Assembly: GCA_964304625.1 (NCBI GenBank)
Contig: OZ199838.1
Coordinates: 6,621,731-6,685,730, forward strand
DNA: 64,000 bases
Direction: 5' to 3'
DNA from: Kudoa neothunni
Taxonomy: Eukaryota > Animalia > Cnidaria
In this document: positions 27,344 to 41,836 of the stretch, piece after piece
How positions within the stretch are numbered: the stretch's first letter is position 1
Layout: each line of letters begins with the position of its first letter
Position numbers and translations under genes: made by a program
The notes under the pieces: generated by a model
Database searches by the model: none
Seen by the model: only the letters and a program-made list of their open reading frames with translations
Told to the model about the DNA's origin: nothing

Positions 27344-29542
27344 TCAAATCCCAGCAACACCGCCATTTTTCCTGAAATCTGCTGCTCCGAAGATTGTCTC
27401 TGTATTTTTATTTTCCTTGTATGTAACGCTAATGCCAGAAACTGTGCTAGAGTAATCTTGTCTTATATTTCCAATAACAAGAATGTCCTTTTCCTTCAGA
27501 ATTTTTCTGACTTCCAGTGGTATTTGACGTACTTCTTCCGAAAATACTCTAAAGTAAGGTTGAAAGATACCCCAACAATTGTACGTACGCATTGGGTTTG
27601 TAAGGATGGAAAAGACGATAAAGTTCGATTGAGGATTCCAACGAAATGTTTCTGTGGTAATGGTTTACTAATACTTGTGCAACCGCCGATGGTGACTTTC
27701 TTCCTCCTGTTCCCGAAAACACGCCTTGGATTTTATTGATTCTTTTATCGACAACAAATGTTGGGGCCACATAATTTATGTGTCTAGTGGCCATATAGTC
27801 ATCGGTCTTATTGTAGAGAGGTTCTCCCGTATATTTATCGTAGTAAGGCCATGTAAACACTTTGCTGTTGGCCACAATACCTAATGTAGGAAAGGTGTAT
27901 TTGGCACCGAATCTATAACCATTGAAATTAAACTCAACCACTATGTTACTATGTAGAAAACAACTACAAATTGCTAATTGATGACTCAATTGAAACGGCA
28001 TTTCCACATTTATCGATCACGCTCAAAGATACAGTTCCGTGAATACCATCTGAAGTCATGTCATACATTGAATCTGTGTCTGAATTTTGTGTTGGCACCT
28101 GCACCTTCTTCTCAGAATACTTGGTTTGGTATAATGTGTAGGCACGTCGTATCATAGGCATCTACAAAATTCCGCGTATAAATAGTTACATTTCTGTATG
28201 AACCTCACCATATTTATGTTTGGTATGATACTTATATCACGGTAAGCGTGCTTTATTATTTCGACTAGGTTTTTGTAATAATCATCGCTGACACTCGAAT
28301 CTTCATGAAATACTTCACTGCTTACATTTCTATACTCTACATGTTTATTGTATCATCATAAAAACAGTTTTACTATAAATTTACCTCCCATTGCATTCAT
28401 TATATAGGAAAGGAAAGGCCCCCCAGTTCTTCGGGAAGGGGTTACCATATATAAGCTTTGATTAAGTTTTACAAACAATAAATCAAGACTTTGTGTCCTG
28501 TATCGTGAAAAATCAATCGTAGAGTTGATTATTGACATGTTGTTTAATTGACTGACCATAATTTTGTTAATAGTTCCGTTGTAAAAGTCTTGGGGGTTAT
28601 TGGAAAGCATAAACAAAGTTCTCGCCAATGGTACATTGCGAATATACTCACCAACTTTTTTAATTTCACCGTCGTCGAATAACATATTTCTAAGTGAGCA
28701 TCGATTAATTCTAAAGATTCTCAGTAAAATTTACCCCAGAAAGGGATCTCTCATCAAGCTGTTCTTATGATTCTTAACAGTTTCATAAAAACTAGGTTTT
28801 ATTTGCCATCCCTTATAAGCAATCATGATGGGAATATCGAAAAGCGTTTTCCAATCCATTTTTCCACCTTGTTTCCACAAGTCATACAATCCTTGCACCA
28901 TACCAGGTATTCCAAAAACTCTACCATCTATTTTTTAATATCAATTGTGAAAAAGTATATTGGTCAACAACCTTTATTTATTGTGTATGTTCCATTACAA
29001 ATATGACAATGTGATGATGCCTCGCGAAAATCAAGTGCCATTATTTTTCGTTTAATATAACTCAAAGAAACTCCACCACCAGCCAATCCTAAGTAAATCA
29101 AAGCTACCAATGATAGCAATTACATGAACTTACCTGTTGATTGAAATTCTATTACCGAGAGACAAAGAGTTGCAGCAATCGCAGCGTCGATAGCGTTACA
29201 GTGATTTTTAAGGTAGTACGCCCCCACTCTAGAACATCTTAAATCGTCAGAGGAGACCATTGCAATTCCTGAACTGTTCAATAATATGTAGGTTTCATTA
29301 TCGAGATCCGTGAAATGTGACAAATTATATTTCCCGGTCTCCAATAGACCAGATACATGACCTGAAACCCTTTCATTCAAGTCGGACAAGTTTGTACTGG
29401 TATCTGCACAATCGCGTATTCCAAAATTAACTGAGATGACTAAGACTACAACCTTTATAATGATAAAGAATTAATTTTGTTGATCAATGTAATTCTTTAC
29501 CATATGGAATACATATTTTTTTAATTTTAATGGTTCCAACAT
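27344..29542 (-). CDS. GGT-family Ntn-hydrolase, array copy 2 (divergent substrate pocket)
   Basis: MLEPLKLKKYVFHM|VVVLVISVNFG...; VSSDDLRCSRVG...NAIDAAIAATLCL; DFREA; HG-TVSLSVIDKCGNAVS; SGTGGRKSP; AADFRKNGGVAGI*. Confidence 0.9.
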
Positions 29543-30337
29543 TATTTATATTACGGCCTCAAGATTTTGAATATATCATTCACTTTATTCTATTGTAAAC
29601 TGGGTCTATAGTACCCAACTTAAGCTACTAACCAATTCCAATAATAGAAGCTAGTGGGCGAAATCATAAAAGAGTTTTCTAAATGGATTAAATTCCCATG
29701 ACCATCTTTTCCATATTCATATCTTAGTTTATTGAAATTTAATGTCGGGAGAATTGGCTCAATAGTGATGCTAATCTTGAGTTCATTTTGTAGAAATGGT
29801 AACAATTTTTATGAAGTATCTGATACCAAATATTTTATTGCAATCAATGTAGAAGATAATTAAACATTTTAATATATCTTATTTATTTTCAACCCAATGT
29901 AAATTTTCCAACTGTGTCAAGAATTAGGAATATATTGCATTGAAAAACCTTCTCAAACCATTCAAAAATATATTACCCATCAAATTATTTATTTCAGAAA
30001 AATTTATCCCGTGCAGAAGCAGGATCACTCATTGACCTCAGAAAAAATCAGCGTTAATAAACTTTCACTGCACTTAAATTTCGATCATTTGACTTATAAC
30101 ATTGTGCTACGCCGATAAAAACCAAAATCAAACTGAATTTTTATTTCGTGCATTACAAAAAACGACATTCTTTGTCAGTCATACCATTTAGTACACAAGA
30201 GAAAATGAGTAAGCTTAAATTAACCAAACTCGAACCATGCTAATGATTTTATAGACATGATTCCTTTTCCAAATCAGAATCTTAAAAAAAACATAGCTAA
30301 GCATTATAAATGCCATCAGTAACGAATCACACACTAA

Positions 30338-31567
30338 CCCTCGAAGAACCGTACTCAAAAAACTTAAGCCCAACGGGTGTCGGTCAGCGACCCCAATGGT
30401 TTTCTACTATAATGATTGAGTATGATTCTAACTTTTGGTATATAGATTAATTGATCGTTTGGCCATTGAAATATATGCTTAAAATATCAATGCGACGAAA
30501 GAATTTGTTTAAAATATCGTAACCATGTCGGGAGACATTACCAATTAAACTTATCCAAACAAAACTTAGAATGGTGGATGTAATAGATATAACTATTTTG
30601 GGTTCGTTTTTAACTGAACGTAACAAAATAGAAACTTTTGCGCCACTTTAATATCAATATTAGGTCGCCCGGCCACGACGCTAACAGGAGGTAACTCCGG
30701 TAAAGTTCGGTAATCCAATATTGAATTACACTAAGATATGTTTACAGCACATATTGAGAAATAAATAATAATGTTGGGCCTAAATAAGTAAGGATGAATT
30801 TATTTGAATTATGAGTGAAAATATTTTTAATCAGAATATAAATTTGATTCAAAGCTTATTTCTTTCAGCTTGGTTTTAATCGTTTCAATAGTTATAAGGA
30901 AATGGCCCAGATTAATCTCACTAAAAATTAAACCAATAAAACGATTAACATAAATGTTTACTTGTTAGTCTTATGGAATAGGAAATCGTTGAAATTTGGC
31001 GATATCATGACACAGAAATAATGTGACTAAGTTCTAATCTATTAATTATTAGACTATTAATTTTTAGTAAAATATGGCCACCTTGTAATTTACCACAATT
31101 TAAATTTAATTCATGGAAAAAAATATTTTAAAAGCACGTCAGGCAACCTGTTCAGTTTTCGACGCGTAATAACTTGGACGACAACAATAGTGGGATTAAT
31201 CTCTTTTAATTCCATTCCATCTTCGGAATCTTATAACAGATAGCAAGATTAGTTACAAATTACAATATTCTTCCGTTTGGTCGCGACAACATATATTGGA
31301 ATGATCATTTTTCTTATCATATAAATCAAATACATTTGATGCAACCGTATAAAATACTTTTAAATAACATTATCAGTTCTACGTAAACTTAAGCAAAATT
31401 TTTGAACTGTAGAATACTATGATTCATCTCAAATTTTGTATTTCCAAGCAATACACGGCAATCTAAGATTATATGAATCCAAAAATTAAAATGAAAAGTT
31501 TAAGCAGGTAAAAACAAACATTTACCGAAATTGGGGTCACAAATGACCCCAGTTGGTCCCAAGAGGG
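30338..31567 (-). mobile_element. Decayed, internally deleted piggyBac element
   Basis: Ends (c)taa-CCCTCGAAGAACC and GGTCCCAAGAGGG-ttaa; subterminal GGGGTCA-caaa-TGACCCC palindrome; minus-strand remnant TRRKLNRLPDVL resembles the piggyBac 'RRTRRWP' motif. Confidence 0.6.
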
Positions 31568-32178
31568 TTAATGGATATTGTTTTATCACATAACTATAAA
31601 ATTTAATATCGACAATTTAAATAAAACAATCATAATTTTATATACATGAGGATTTAATGTCTCGTAAAGGATGCGCAAACGCTTGATTATTGTATCGAGA
31701 AATTAATGATTTTTATTGTGCTTAGAAATTTCAGAATTTGATCTCTACGTACCCGCCTTTTTTATGCGCATTGTCTACACGAATTCAACTGCTGGCGAGG
31801 AGAAATACTTTCCCGCAAATACAATATACAATACACAAAGAATTATACAATAACTTTACTGCTGTATAAGCTGAATAAACTATATTGTAATTTTACGATT
31901 ATTCTAAACCAATTAATATTTGAATGTTAGATTCGAAGTATTGTTATTAATCTTAATTATATTAACCCTTAGATGTTAATGTGGCTTTGCAACCGAATTA
32001 CCATTTAATTTAATAATAAGTTTACTATCGACCCATTTTAATTGCAAAAAACCATATGAAATTCAACAGATAAATTCTGTTATAATTGGCCAAATAAGGT
32101 GAAATTCATAATGAAATATCACGACCAAATAATTTTGGAAGAAAATGTTCGATTGTTATGAGTGAAACTTGGTAGAAG

Positions 32179-34365
32179 TTACACTCCTTTTAGACCGGAA
32201 TTTCTTCGGTGGTCACCCGAACCGAAAAGTGATTCTGGGAATCCATTCTCATCTCTTGTTACACGGATTCCTAAAACGGAGCTGTCATGACCCATAGCAA
32301 CCTTCATGAGTGTTGTGTTTCTATTTGAAGTTATGATGTTAACTATATTCTCAGGAATAGGTGTCTCATTATCTTCAGAAAGACTAAAATGAATCAGAAT
32401 ATAAATAATGTTCAAAATATTTACATGTTTTTTATATAATGTTTGCCAATTCTAAAGTCTGTTATTGCCTGACCAAGAGGGATATGTCTCCAATAGTGAC
32501 TCAACATAACTTGGGAAAGTCCACTCGGAATTCGTCTTGCACCGGTTGCTGAGAATATTCCATTCACTAGTTTGTCGGTTTTGTCAATAACTATAACAGG
32601 AGCGTGATATGTCTTCATGAAACCCTCTCTAGGTGGAATTGGTTTTAAGTCTTCACCGATTTTAAGAATTGTAAAAGTATTGGCGATTATTCCCAATGGG
32701 GGATAGCTAAAGTCACCGCCAAATCTAGAATAATTAGAGTTGAATGTATATTAACAGTTAATTTTAGATAGTATATTTACAGGGTATTTATAGCAGTTTG
32801 CATTGCTATTGCATTGCCACATTTATCAATAACATTTATGGTAACCGAACCTGGAATATCATCCTCTTCATCACCGATTCCATTTGACAGCGAAAAAACT
32901 CTGCTTACTAATTTTCTTGCTGCAAGCACACCTAATTTTTCGTTATTGTAAGCATTTTCTATTACTTTTAGCTATAAATAATTTTATTTTTACTCTCATT
33001 ATGACGAATTATACTGTATCTTTAAATGCCAAATTCTCTCTATTGAAGTGTGAGTTTCTTATGCTATCATAGAGGGCCAAATAGTAAACGTCATCTACAG
33101 CACCGTTCGAATGTATAACTTGGGGGTTACGGTCAATGTATCCTATTAACCAAGATTTTGAAAAATAATCAGTTCATAATTTACATCATTATGATTTATA
33201 CCTTTCATGGAGTTCAAAATATAAGCCAGAAGTGCTCCACCAGTTCTTTTATTTGTTGTAACCATTTCCAGATTATCCTTCAAATCGAACTTCAATGGTT
33301 CAATGTATTTAGTAGCATATGCGCCCATCTCACTGACAAGAGCTGCATGGTTTTCGGGACTGATTTGTTGCATCATAGTTGAGGGAATGGCTCCTTCATA
33401 CATGCTTCTGTAATTCAACGATAGCAAGTGAAGTGTTCCTGCCAATGGTTTGTTGACAATAACATCTCCAATCGATTTTACTGAATCTCCGTTGAACAAC
33501 ATCGATCTACATTAGTCGAAACGTTAGGTTCAATTTATCAAACTGAGAAAAATCACTTAAGGAATGGATCTTTTTTAAGAAGATGTTTCTTTGCTACCAA
33601 CATACGTCTCAAACTAGGTTTGATGTCCCATCCGTTGTATGCAATTAGGATTGGAATATCGAAAAGAGATTTCCAATCAATTTTTCCTCCTTGTTTCCAC
33701 AAGTTGTGCATTCCCAAAATCATTCCAGGTATTTTAAGGACTTCTCCAGCTTTGTGAAAATTCAAATATATACGTAAATACACATATAATAATTGACTCA
33801 CTTCCATTTACAGCAATGTTATCGTTTGAGATCAGGGTTTTTGATATAGTTCCGCCGAAATCCAATAAATGGAACTGTCCATTCAAATAACTTAAGGATT
33901 GTCCACCTCCAGACAATCCTAGAGAAGATAAAGATACGAGATTATTTGATAAAAGAACCTGTTGATGCTAAGCTGACAACGGTAAGACAAAGAGATGTAG
34001 CCACTGCAGCATCCATTGCGTTTCCGCCGTGTTCAAGGTAAAAAGCTCCTGCTCTAGAACATCTTACGTCGTCGGAGACAACCATTCCATTTTTTGTTGT
34101 GTTATCCCATTTGTTACCAGGACCATGTTCAAAGGTGGTAAAATATGTTAGGTTGTATTTTTCAGAATTCAAGAGATCATTCACGCGAAGCGAAACTTCT
34201 TCCTCCAATGCAGCGAAATCTATTGGTTCAACCTGCACGGAGAAATCAAAATAATTGATAGCCAATAACAAAACAACCTAAAATTTATATATACAAGTTC
34301 GGTCTTAAGGATAAAATCGATGATACCAGCATAAAAGCTGTTCCTCTTCTTTGTATTGCAGACAT
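32179..34365 (-). CDS. GGT-family Ntn-hydrolase, array copy 3 (Ser at the nucleophile position)
   Basis: MSAIQRRGTAFML|VVLLLAINYF...; GMVVSDDVRCSRAG...GGNAMDAAVATSLCL; PG-SVTINVIDKCGNAIA; SATGARRIP; GSGDHRRNSGLKGV*. Confidence 0.88.
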
Positions 34366-35309
34366 TGTTTTCAATTTTACAAATTCTGTCAACTTAAGTA
34401 TTTTTTCTTCTTTTATATACAATTTTTACTATAGATACATATTGGGTTAATTATCAGATTATTATCTAAATTATATTTCAAATCTTATATAGGGAAATAT
34501 TTTAACGGATTTAATTCCCCTATGTCTTGGTTAATTCTGTCAAAGTCGTTATTACATCGTCAAATTATCGAGGGAATATGTACAATGGTCTTTGCTTGAT
34601 ATACAGTGTTGAAAGTTACTAAGTTTTATGGTAGATAAATTAATTGTTTTTAATCATTTATTAATTAAATCACAATTTATGCATATTTTTCAAAGTACAT
34701 TCATTGCTATTAGTAATTATTTTTCTTTTATATTAGATTCAATTTTTTGTAAATTAATTAGAAATACTATTAAAACTTGTCCAATATTTTCTTAACCAAT
34801 AGATTTAATTTTGCAAATGGGCTGACTGGTTTATTTCCACAGGGGAGTTAATTTAAATCGACCAACCGACAATAATCATATATAGGAATTGAAGGTTCTT
34901 CAAAATTTTACGTTGATTATTAATCAAAAGATCATAAATATTATTTAATCCAATCCCCCGTGATGATTTATAATGTTTTATATATTAAATTAATTTAGAA
35001 GAACATAGAAATATAAGTATAAAGCCTTGATAGCATCATTATTTTCTCTTAATGAATCAACAAATAAGGCAAATTCGTAGTAGAATCTAAACGATCCATT
35101 CAGTTTTAGACAGTCTAGCCTCTAATAGAAGAACTTTTTATAAAATATGGCTATAATTTGAAACGTTTTTGAGTATATACAGCGGATGACGGGTCGAATT
35201 CAGCATCACTTGAGGTGACTTATCATGATATCGTGGTTAAAACAACGCTAATATAGTTTAACTACATAAAATCAAAACAATTATAGTGAATTATTAAACT
35301 TTTCTTTTT

Positions 35310-36430
35310 AGTTTTCATTTGCCACAATATGAATCGGCACAAATTTACTACTCGTGGGCATATGAAGAGACCAGGCAGTTTCATTAGATAAAGGACAAAG
35401 TAGACACAATCTAATATTAAAAAAGAATATCGAATGAGAAGACAGCAAAAACAAGAGGTTCAAATATTCTAACTTAAAATAAACCTCATTAAAGAGGATT
35501 TAAAGTAATAAAGTCCATTAAAAAGATCATAATGCAGAAGACTGCAAAAATTCTCGAAGCATTAAAAATGGGTCACTTGGATTCGTAAGGTCAACAAGTA
35601 AACAACTGGATTGAGGTTATGATAACGCTAAATGCGGGAATCTCATCAGATAATATAACCGAAATAGCGAATACTTTGATTTTTAAAGATTCTACTATAC
35701 CCAAAAAATGATCATCTGGTTAACTTAGAGGATTTGAAAGTCATTTTAAAATAAAAACCTCAATTTCGAGCAGAAGAAATAGCGTGGACATTAATATAAC
35801 ATAAGGTTGGAAACTTCCTCTTAAAAATATGAGTCTTGGGAGCATGATAATATATTTGGCCTTGATGAAAGCTAATTATTTTATCAAAAAAGACGTATTA
35901 TTTTCTTAGATAACTTATTTTAATTCAGTTAATAGTAAATAATAATTTGTTATTGTTAGAAGAAAATATCAAAAAAAAGAGTCACCATAGTTATTACATG
36001 TTAAATGAATGATTAAAAAGTAACAGCCTTAATAATCTGACATGCTAAAACGATATAAAGGAATATAAAACTTATTAAGATCCTAATCCATAAATATGGA
36101 TAATTTTACAATTATTTACCTATTACCTATTTAGTTGGAATAAAAATCATATACATTTAAATAGAAAAGTAATTTTATGTTGATAAGTGTCTGACAGATC
36201 TCAACCTGACATTTTCTACTACTTTATTATTTTTCTCCTCGTAAACTCCACCAGTGTGCTATAACCCCAGGATCAAAGTATCATTGACAGTTTCAAGGGT
36301 TGCTGCTGAAATTACCCTATTAATTATATGATGAAACAAACAGAACCCAATTTTAAAATGTAGGAAGAAATATCAATAAAAGTTACGTCTTCCATGTGGA
36401 GAAGAAGACGATTTCATACGCCGAGAACCA
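35310..36430 (+). pseudogene. Possible highly decayed non-LTR retroelement (R2/NeSL-like) remnant
   Basis: FICHNMNRHKFTTRGHMKR near 35315 resembles a degenerate C2H2 finger; PG and SSMWRR fragments at 36260-36410 resemble the start of an RT domain. Many stops; weak. Confidence 0.22.
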
Positions 36431-37550
36431 AAAAGTGTGAATAAATATTACTCCCGTTTCTATTTCTATAATAAAATACGACAAAAAAATGAAAATTTCA
36501 ATGTAAATAACATTACAACCGGGAAAGTATTAATTTATCTGAGTAATTCGAACGTATTTTTCTACAAAAAAATTCTCAAATGTTATCCATGATATTTACG
36601 GTCGTTGACCTAGAAACGGTGAGTTATGATTAAATCAGAGCTACCCCAACAAAATTATTGATCTTTCCAAACAAAAATGTAACAAATAAGTCTGACAAAG
36701 AACTTTAGTAATATTTTATTGTATTTAGGTATGCAAATTGTAGCTATTACCATTTAAAAATGTTTATTGTTTGGTAACCCTCATCAGTTGATCGTCATCC
36801 CGTCTAAATGAGTTGTTTCTACGAATCAAAAATCAAGGATCGACAAGATTAATCACACTTAATCTATACATTATTATTAATTTATTTTTATTAAATATAT
36901 TTTTAAATGAAAATGAACTCATAGTGATGGAAGAGACCGGCTCAATTGTAAAAACCTGCATTAATATTAAAGTGTTATTCTCATACGCTTGGGCGGCTTG
37001 ATGGCACCTCTGAACCAATTCCCATTTTAGTACCCACAACGCATCACCTACTGTAATTTGAAAAATATTGCTAAATGAAGTCTTATCTGAAAGATTTTTT
37101 CGGAATTTTTTCCTCTCCTTAGACGAATTGAAATAATATTTAAATATTAAATACAAAATGTCAATCTTCACAAATAAATTAGTGATATCTTGTTAATATC
37201 AATTAAGTATTAATTTAAAATCCATAATTACACAATTTAAACAATAAATAGCAATCCTTTTTATGATAAAAAAATTAAAATTGGTGCCTTGAGTATGATT
37301 TTACTAGTAGCAATTATAATAATAAGTTTTTGCTTATTAAATGTAACAGCTCTTAATGGAATCCTTAAATTTCGTTTATAATAATATGAATCATTATTGA
37401 AATTCCTATTCATAAAAGAAAGAGACTAATTCATTATATTCACTATACTACTGATAAGTATCAATTTTTCTAATATGTGAATAAGTTCATTTGGCGTTTA
37501 ATTAATGTTAAATTTGAGACAGTTTGCAAAACAGAGTTATAGCTTGGATG

Positions 37551-39764
37551 TTAATATCCTGATGTTCCTCCATTCCTTCTATAATCTCCCATGGCGAAAA
37601 TTGAATCTGGATTTCCTCTTTCATTCCTTGTTATAGAAACTGCTGAAACGGATGACAAATAAGGAACTCGTATATATTTATAAGGAATGTCTTTCCTCAA
37701 AAGTATGTATTCATAGACATATTTATGGATTTGCATCACACCCTCTGAATATAGTCTAAATCAAATTATAAATGAGTTTATTTACGGATTGCTTTACCCG
37801 GGATACAGGTAGTGATTAAACATTCTAAAAACTGTTAAGGCTGAACCAAGGTTCATATGTCTGTAGTAATGATTGATCATAACTTGTGCAACGGCGGGTG
37901 CAATTTTGTGTCCGCCAGTTCCTGAAAACATTCCATAAATGTTGTTATCGGTTTTATCGATGACTATAACTGGTGAATCATATGTTTGTTGGATTTTAAT
38001 GGTGGGTTCAATGATGCTTGAATTTTCATCCATTTGTACATTTGTGTAAGTGTTGCCTATAATTCCAAGGGATGGAAATGCATATCCTCCGCCAAAGCTA
38101 AAATTTCCAACTCAAAACATCATCGACTGGTAACTTTAAATATTTATTTTATTACAGTTGATCGATTTCTGTTACCATAGATATTCCATTCCCACAATCA
38201 TCAAGAACATTTAATGAAACTGTTCCATGGAATTCGTCTTTAAAAGCCTCATCATTTTCAACGGGTGGAGGAGATTTATAATTTCTTGCCAACTTGGATT
38301 TCTTTGTAACATTGTTTGTTTGATTAGTATATTGATAATATGCATTTTTTATTATTTCTATCTAAATTTTTAAAAATTAAGATGGGGCTTGCAATGTGTA
38401 TATCATGCAAAGAGATGGTACTCGTTCATCCGTCATAAAGTTGGGTGAGTTTTTTTCAGCATCTGTTATTATGTTAAAAAGAGTCATATAATAAGTAGCC
38501 TTCATATGGTAACCATGTTGAAATAGTTCAGGATTGGCTTGAGCATAGCCTAATTTTGAATCATCATTTAGTGAATTTTAATTGTTTTATTCATTTTTAA
38601 TTTGAATACATTTGCAAAGTTTGACATACCTTTTACCGCGTTAATTATATATGCCACTAATGGACCACCAGTATTTTTAGACGTTGTTACCATGTACTTG
38701 CTGCCTTCCAGCTGAAGGTTTAATAGATCCAGTTTCTTCGTAGTGTAATTTCCAATTTCAGCAATAATTTTTTCAGGCTCAGAAATGTTTATATGCTTCA
38801 TCATAATCGACGGAATACTTCCAAAGTACATGCTGCTGTAATTTTTAGAAATCAAATGAAGTGTTCTTGCCAACGGTTTGTTGATGATATGCTCACGATT
38901 TGTTTTCACCGTAGTGTCATTAAATAATATAGACCTAAATAATTTTAAAATTAAATCAAGAAAAATCTTCACAAGTCACTTGAGGAAGGGATCATGTATC
39001 AGCCTTTTTCTTTTTAACCAAAGCATACGGTACAAACTAGGTTTTATCTCCCATCCCTTCAGGGCAATCATGATTGGAATGTCAAACAATGTTTGCCATT
39101 CGATTTTGCCTCCTAGTTTCCATAATTCATATAATCCCTTTACGAATCCAGGGATTTTAAATGCCCTCACAACTTTATTGTAATATCAAACAAAATATCA
39201 TCATATCTGAAAATAACCTCCACTTGGAAAATTAACACTAGTGAAGAAGGTTTCGCTAGTCTTTGCCCGGAAATCTAGGGCGCGAAATTTACCGTTAACA
39301 TACATCAACGCTAGTCCACCCCCAGACAATCCTAAGAATCATCAAAACGCGGCATTTACTAATTTGGAACCTGTTGATGCCAATTCTATGACGGAATGAC
39401 AAAGTGAGGCAGCAACTGCACCATCATAAACATTTCCGCCTCTTTGAAGATAATAAGCACCAACCCTGGAACAGCGCGTATCATCTGAAACAATCACTCC
39501 ATTCTTTAATGTTCTGTCAAATAATGTGCGGTTTACGTATTCAAAATTAGTAAAATAAGACAAATTATAGTTTCCAGTGTTTATGAGATCGTTCACTCGC
39601 TTTGCAACTTCTTCGTCCAATAACGTGAAATCTGGGTCTTCTGTAACTGTAATTACTTTATGAAAAAATTGAAGAATTTCAAGGACGATAATCTTAAAGG
39701 AGTCAAATTAAAAACCAACTAAAACATAGCTTACTACACCAAGTTTAATCCTGAAATGTGACAT
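37551..39764 (-). CDS. GGT-family Ntn-hydrolase, array copy 4 (divergent substrate pocket)
   Basis: MSHFRIKLGV|IIVLEILQFF...; VIVSDDTRCSRVG...GGNVYDGAVAASLC; KIPGFVKGL; HG-TVSLNVLDDCGNGIS; SGTGGHKIA; MGDYRRNGGTSGY*. Confidence 0.9.
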
Positions 39765-41189
39765 CTTAAATACTTAACTAATAATAATTATTAAAAACAA
39801 AGTTTTCAAATTTTTAAAAAGTTAGTGAATAATTTACAATTCACGTCAATCTACTTTGGAGAATCTATAATAGACGCCGTAAGGTTAGTCCATAAAAAAT
39901 TCAATGAAAGCATTTCAATTCCCATTTCTACAAAAAAGTATATTCATCCTTAATACTATTTCTCAATTGTCTCGAGAATTGCGGCAAACTATCCTGATAA
40001 ATTTTTTGTTTTGTTACTTAAATTATCTATATTTTTATTATTGTTCCTTAATTTTTTTATAAGCTTTAAAATTTATATCATTTTATATTATCAAAATCCA
40101 TTTTTAAAATTTCAAATTGACCCTTTGATATACAAATTTTCTGAGTATGTTAAATATGTTAATTCTTAAGTTCTGATCTCAAATAACTGATCTTATTACA
40201 TCATCAAACTAATTTGAATAAATGTTGAAACTAAAAGTTGATTTAATCGATAAAAAGAAAATGGATTTGCTGCGCTGAAGAATTATTTCTAACAAATATT
40301 GGAAGATAAACTAGAATCTATTTACATTTTTGGTGTTTATATATAATTAATAATTAAAAGTATTTTTAACAATGTATCTATTCAAAGATTTTATTCAACC
40401 AAATACGACAGATAATGTTTATATGTTTAATATGATTTAATTTATTTAAGATAATAAAAGGAGCATATATAGTGTATTTTGAGAAGGAATATAAAGAAAT
40501 ATTTTATTTTACCAAACATTACCACAGATAAACATAAATTTAATTAATAAAATCAGCATATTTTCCAACTTTATTTCAACTAAGTATTCAATAAATGAGT
40601 TACAATCATTATTTATTTTTAAGTTTACCAATAAATCTTGACTTCATTTATAAAGAATTTTGTTTTGTATTCTACGAAGTTTTCCTAACCGCAAAAAATT
40701 CTTAAGTATATTATTAAATATAACATGGTTCCTGTTGGGTAAAAATCCATTTTTATATTTCCCATTTTATCAATTTTTTTCGATTACAACCATTATACAC
40801 CTTGTACAATGGACGACGTGTGGTTCTTGGTGACGTATAGTTTTTAACTTTTATAACTTGTTGAAAATAACCATTTATAGAATAAATTAGTCTGTAAAAT
40901 TTAGCTGAAAGTGTATACATTCGACATTGTTTATTGCACACTTTTTAAGGGATTCGAAAAAGTATTTAAACACATGTATGCATGCTCAAATGCGTAAAAA
41001 ATCAAATATTTGGATACGTAATATTATTAATTATTATGTTTATTTTATTTTCCTGTAGTGAAATTTTAGTTCATATATTTTAGAATATGGTAAAAACTAC
41101 TTCACTCATTTTTCAACAAATATAAAACAAATAGTTTCTAGGCTATATTTAAGCTGAAAAAATTCTTCAACATGCTTACCGCTCTAAGA

Positions 41190-41836
41190 CAGTGTCTTTC
41201 AACCTTTTTGGAATTGTAGAACCCCCAAGAGATTAAAATTTTTTCGCGGATCCCCACATAAAATTAAACCCAGATGAAGAAAATACAAGTTTTTAAATTT
41301 TCAATTGCGCTCACCAAAAAAATAACAGAAATATGTTCAAAGTTTATTTTGTATTAAAAAAATAGACTAATGTGATATTTGTGACTGGTGATTTCGTATT
41401 ATAACTACAATATTTGGATATTGTTCATAAGTGAAAGCAAGCATGGATCATTCACTTTCTGTTGTTTCAATTGCGACAGAACAACACGATCCCTGGTATC
41501 GCAAAATGTTTGCTGTGTCAGAAAATTTTTAAGGTAAAAAGATGAAACGATGGCAAAATTTGATGAAATTCGGGCTCTTGCATTCAAAAACGAACTCAAA
41601 TCCTTGAAGCATCGCTACCATCATTCAGTGGGGTTTTTACAAATTAAGTTTTTAAATCTTTATTACTAAAATTATTCTAAATTTAGAGACTTGTTATGAG
41701 AATAATAATTAATTAAAATAGACGAATTTGTTCATATTCGACATCGCCAAACGTATCGGCAACATTTATTTAAATTTAGATGCCTATAACAAATTTTCAT
41801 GTGTTCCTGTCGCGGAACCCGGGTTAAAAACCACTG
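41190..41836. mobile_element. hAT (Buster/Charlie-type) MITE
   Basis: TIRs CAGTGTCTTTCAACC / GGTTAAAAACCACTG; perfect 8-bp TSD CTCTAAGA at 41182-41189 and 41837-41844. Confidence 0.88.

Noticed and set aside
23684-39183. Plus-strand ORFs overlapping the GGT genes (e.g. 23959-24243, 27458-27739, 38878-39183)
   Set aside because: Antisense shadows of the minus-strand GGT exons with no independent coding signal.
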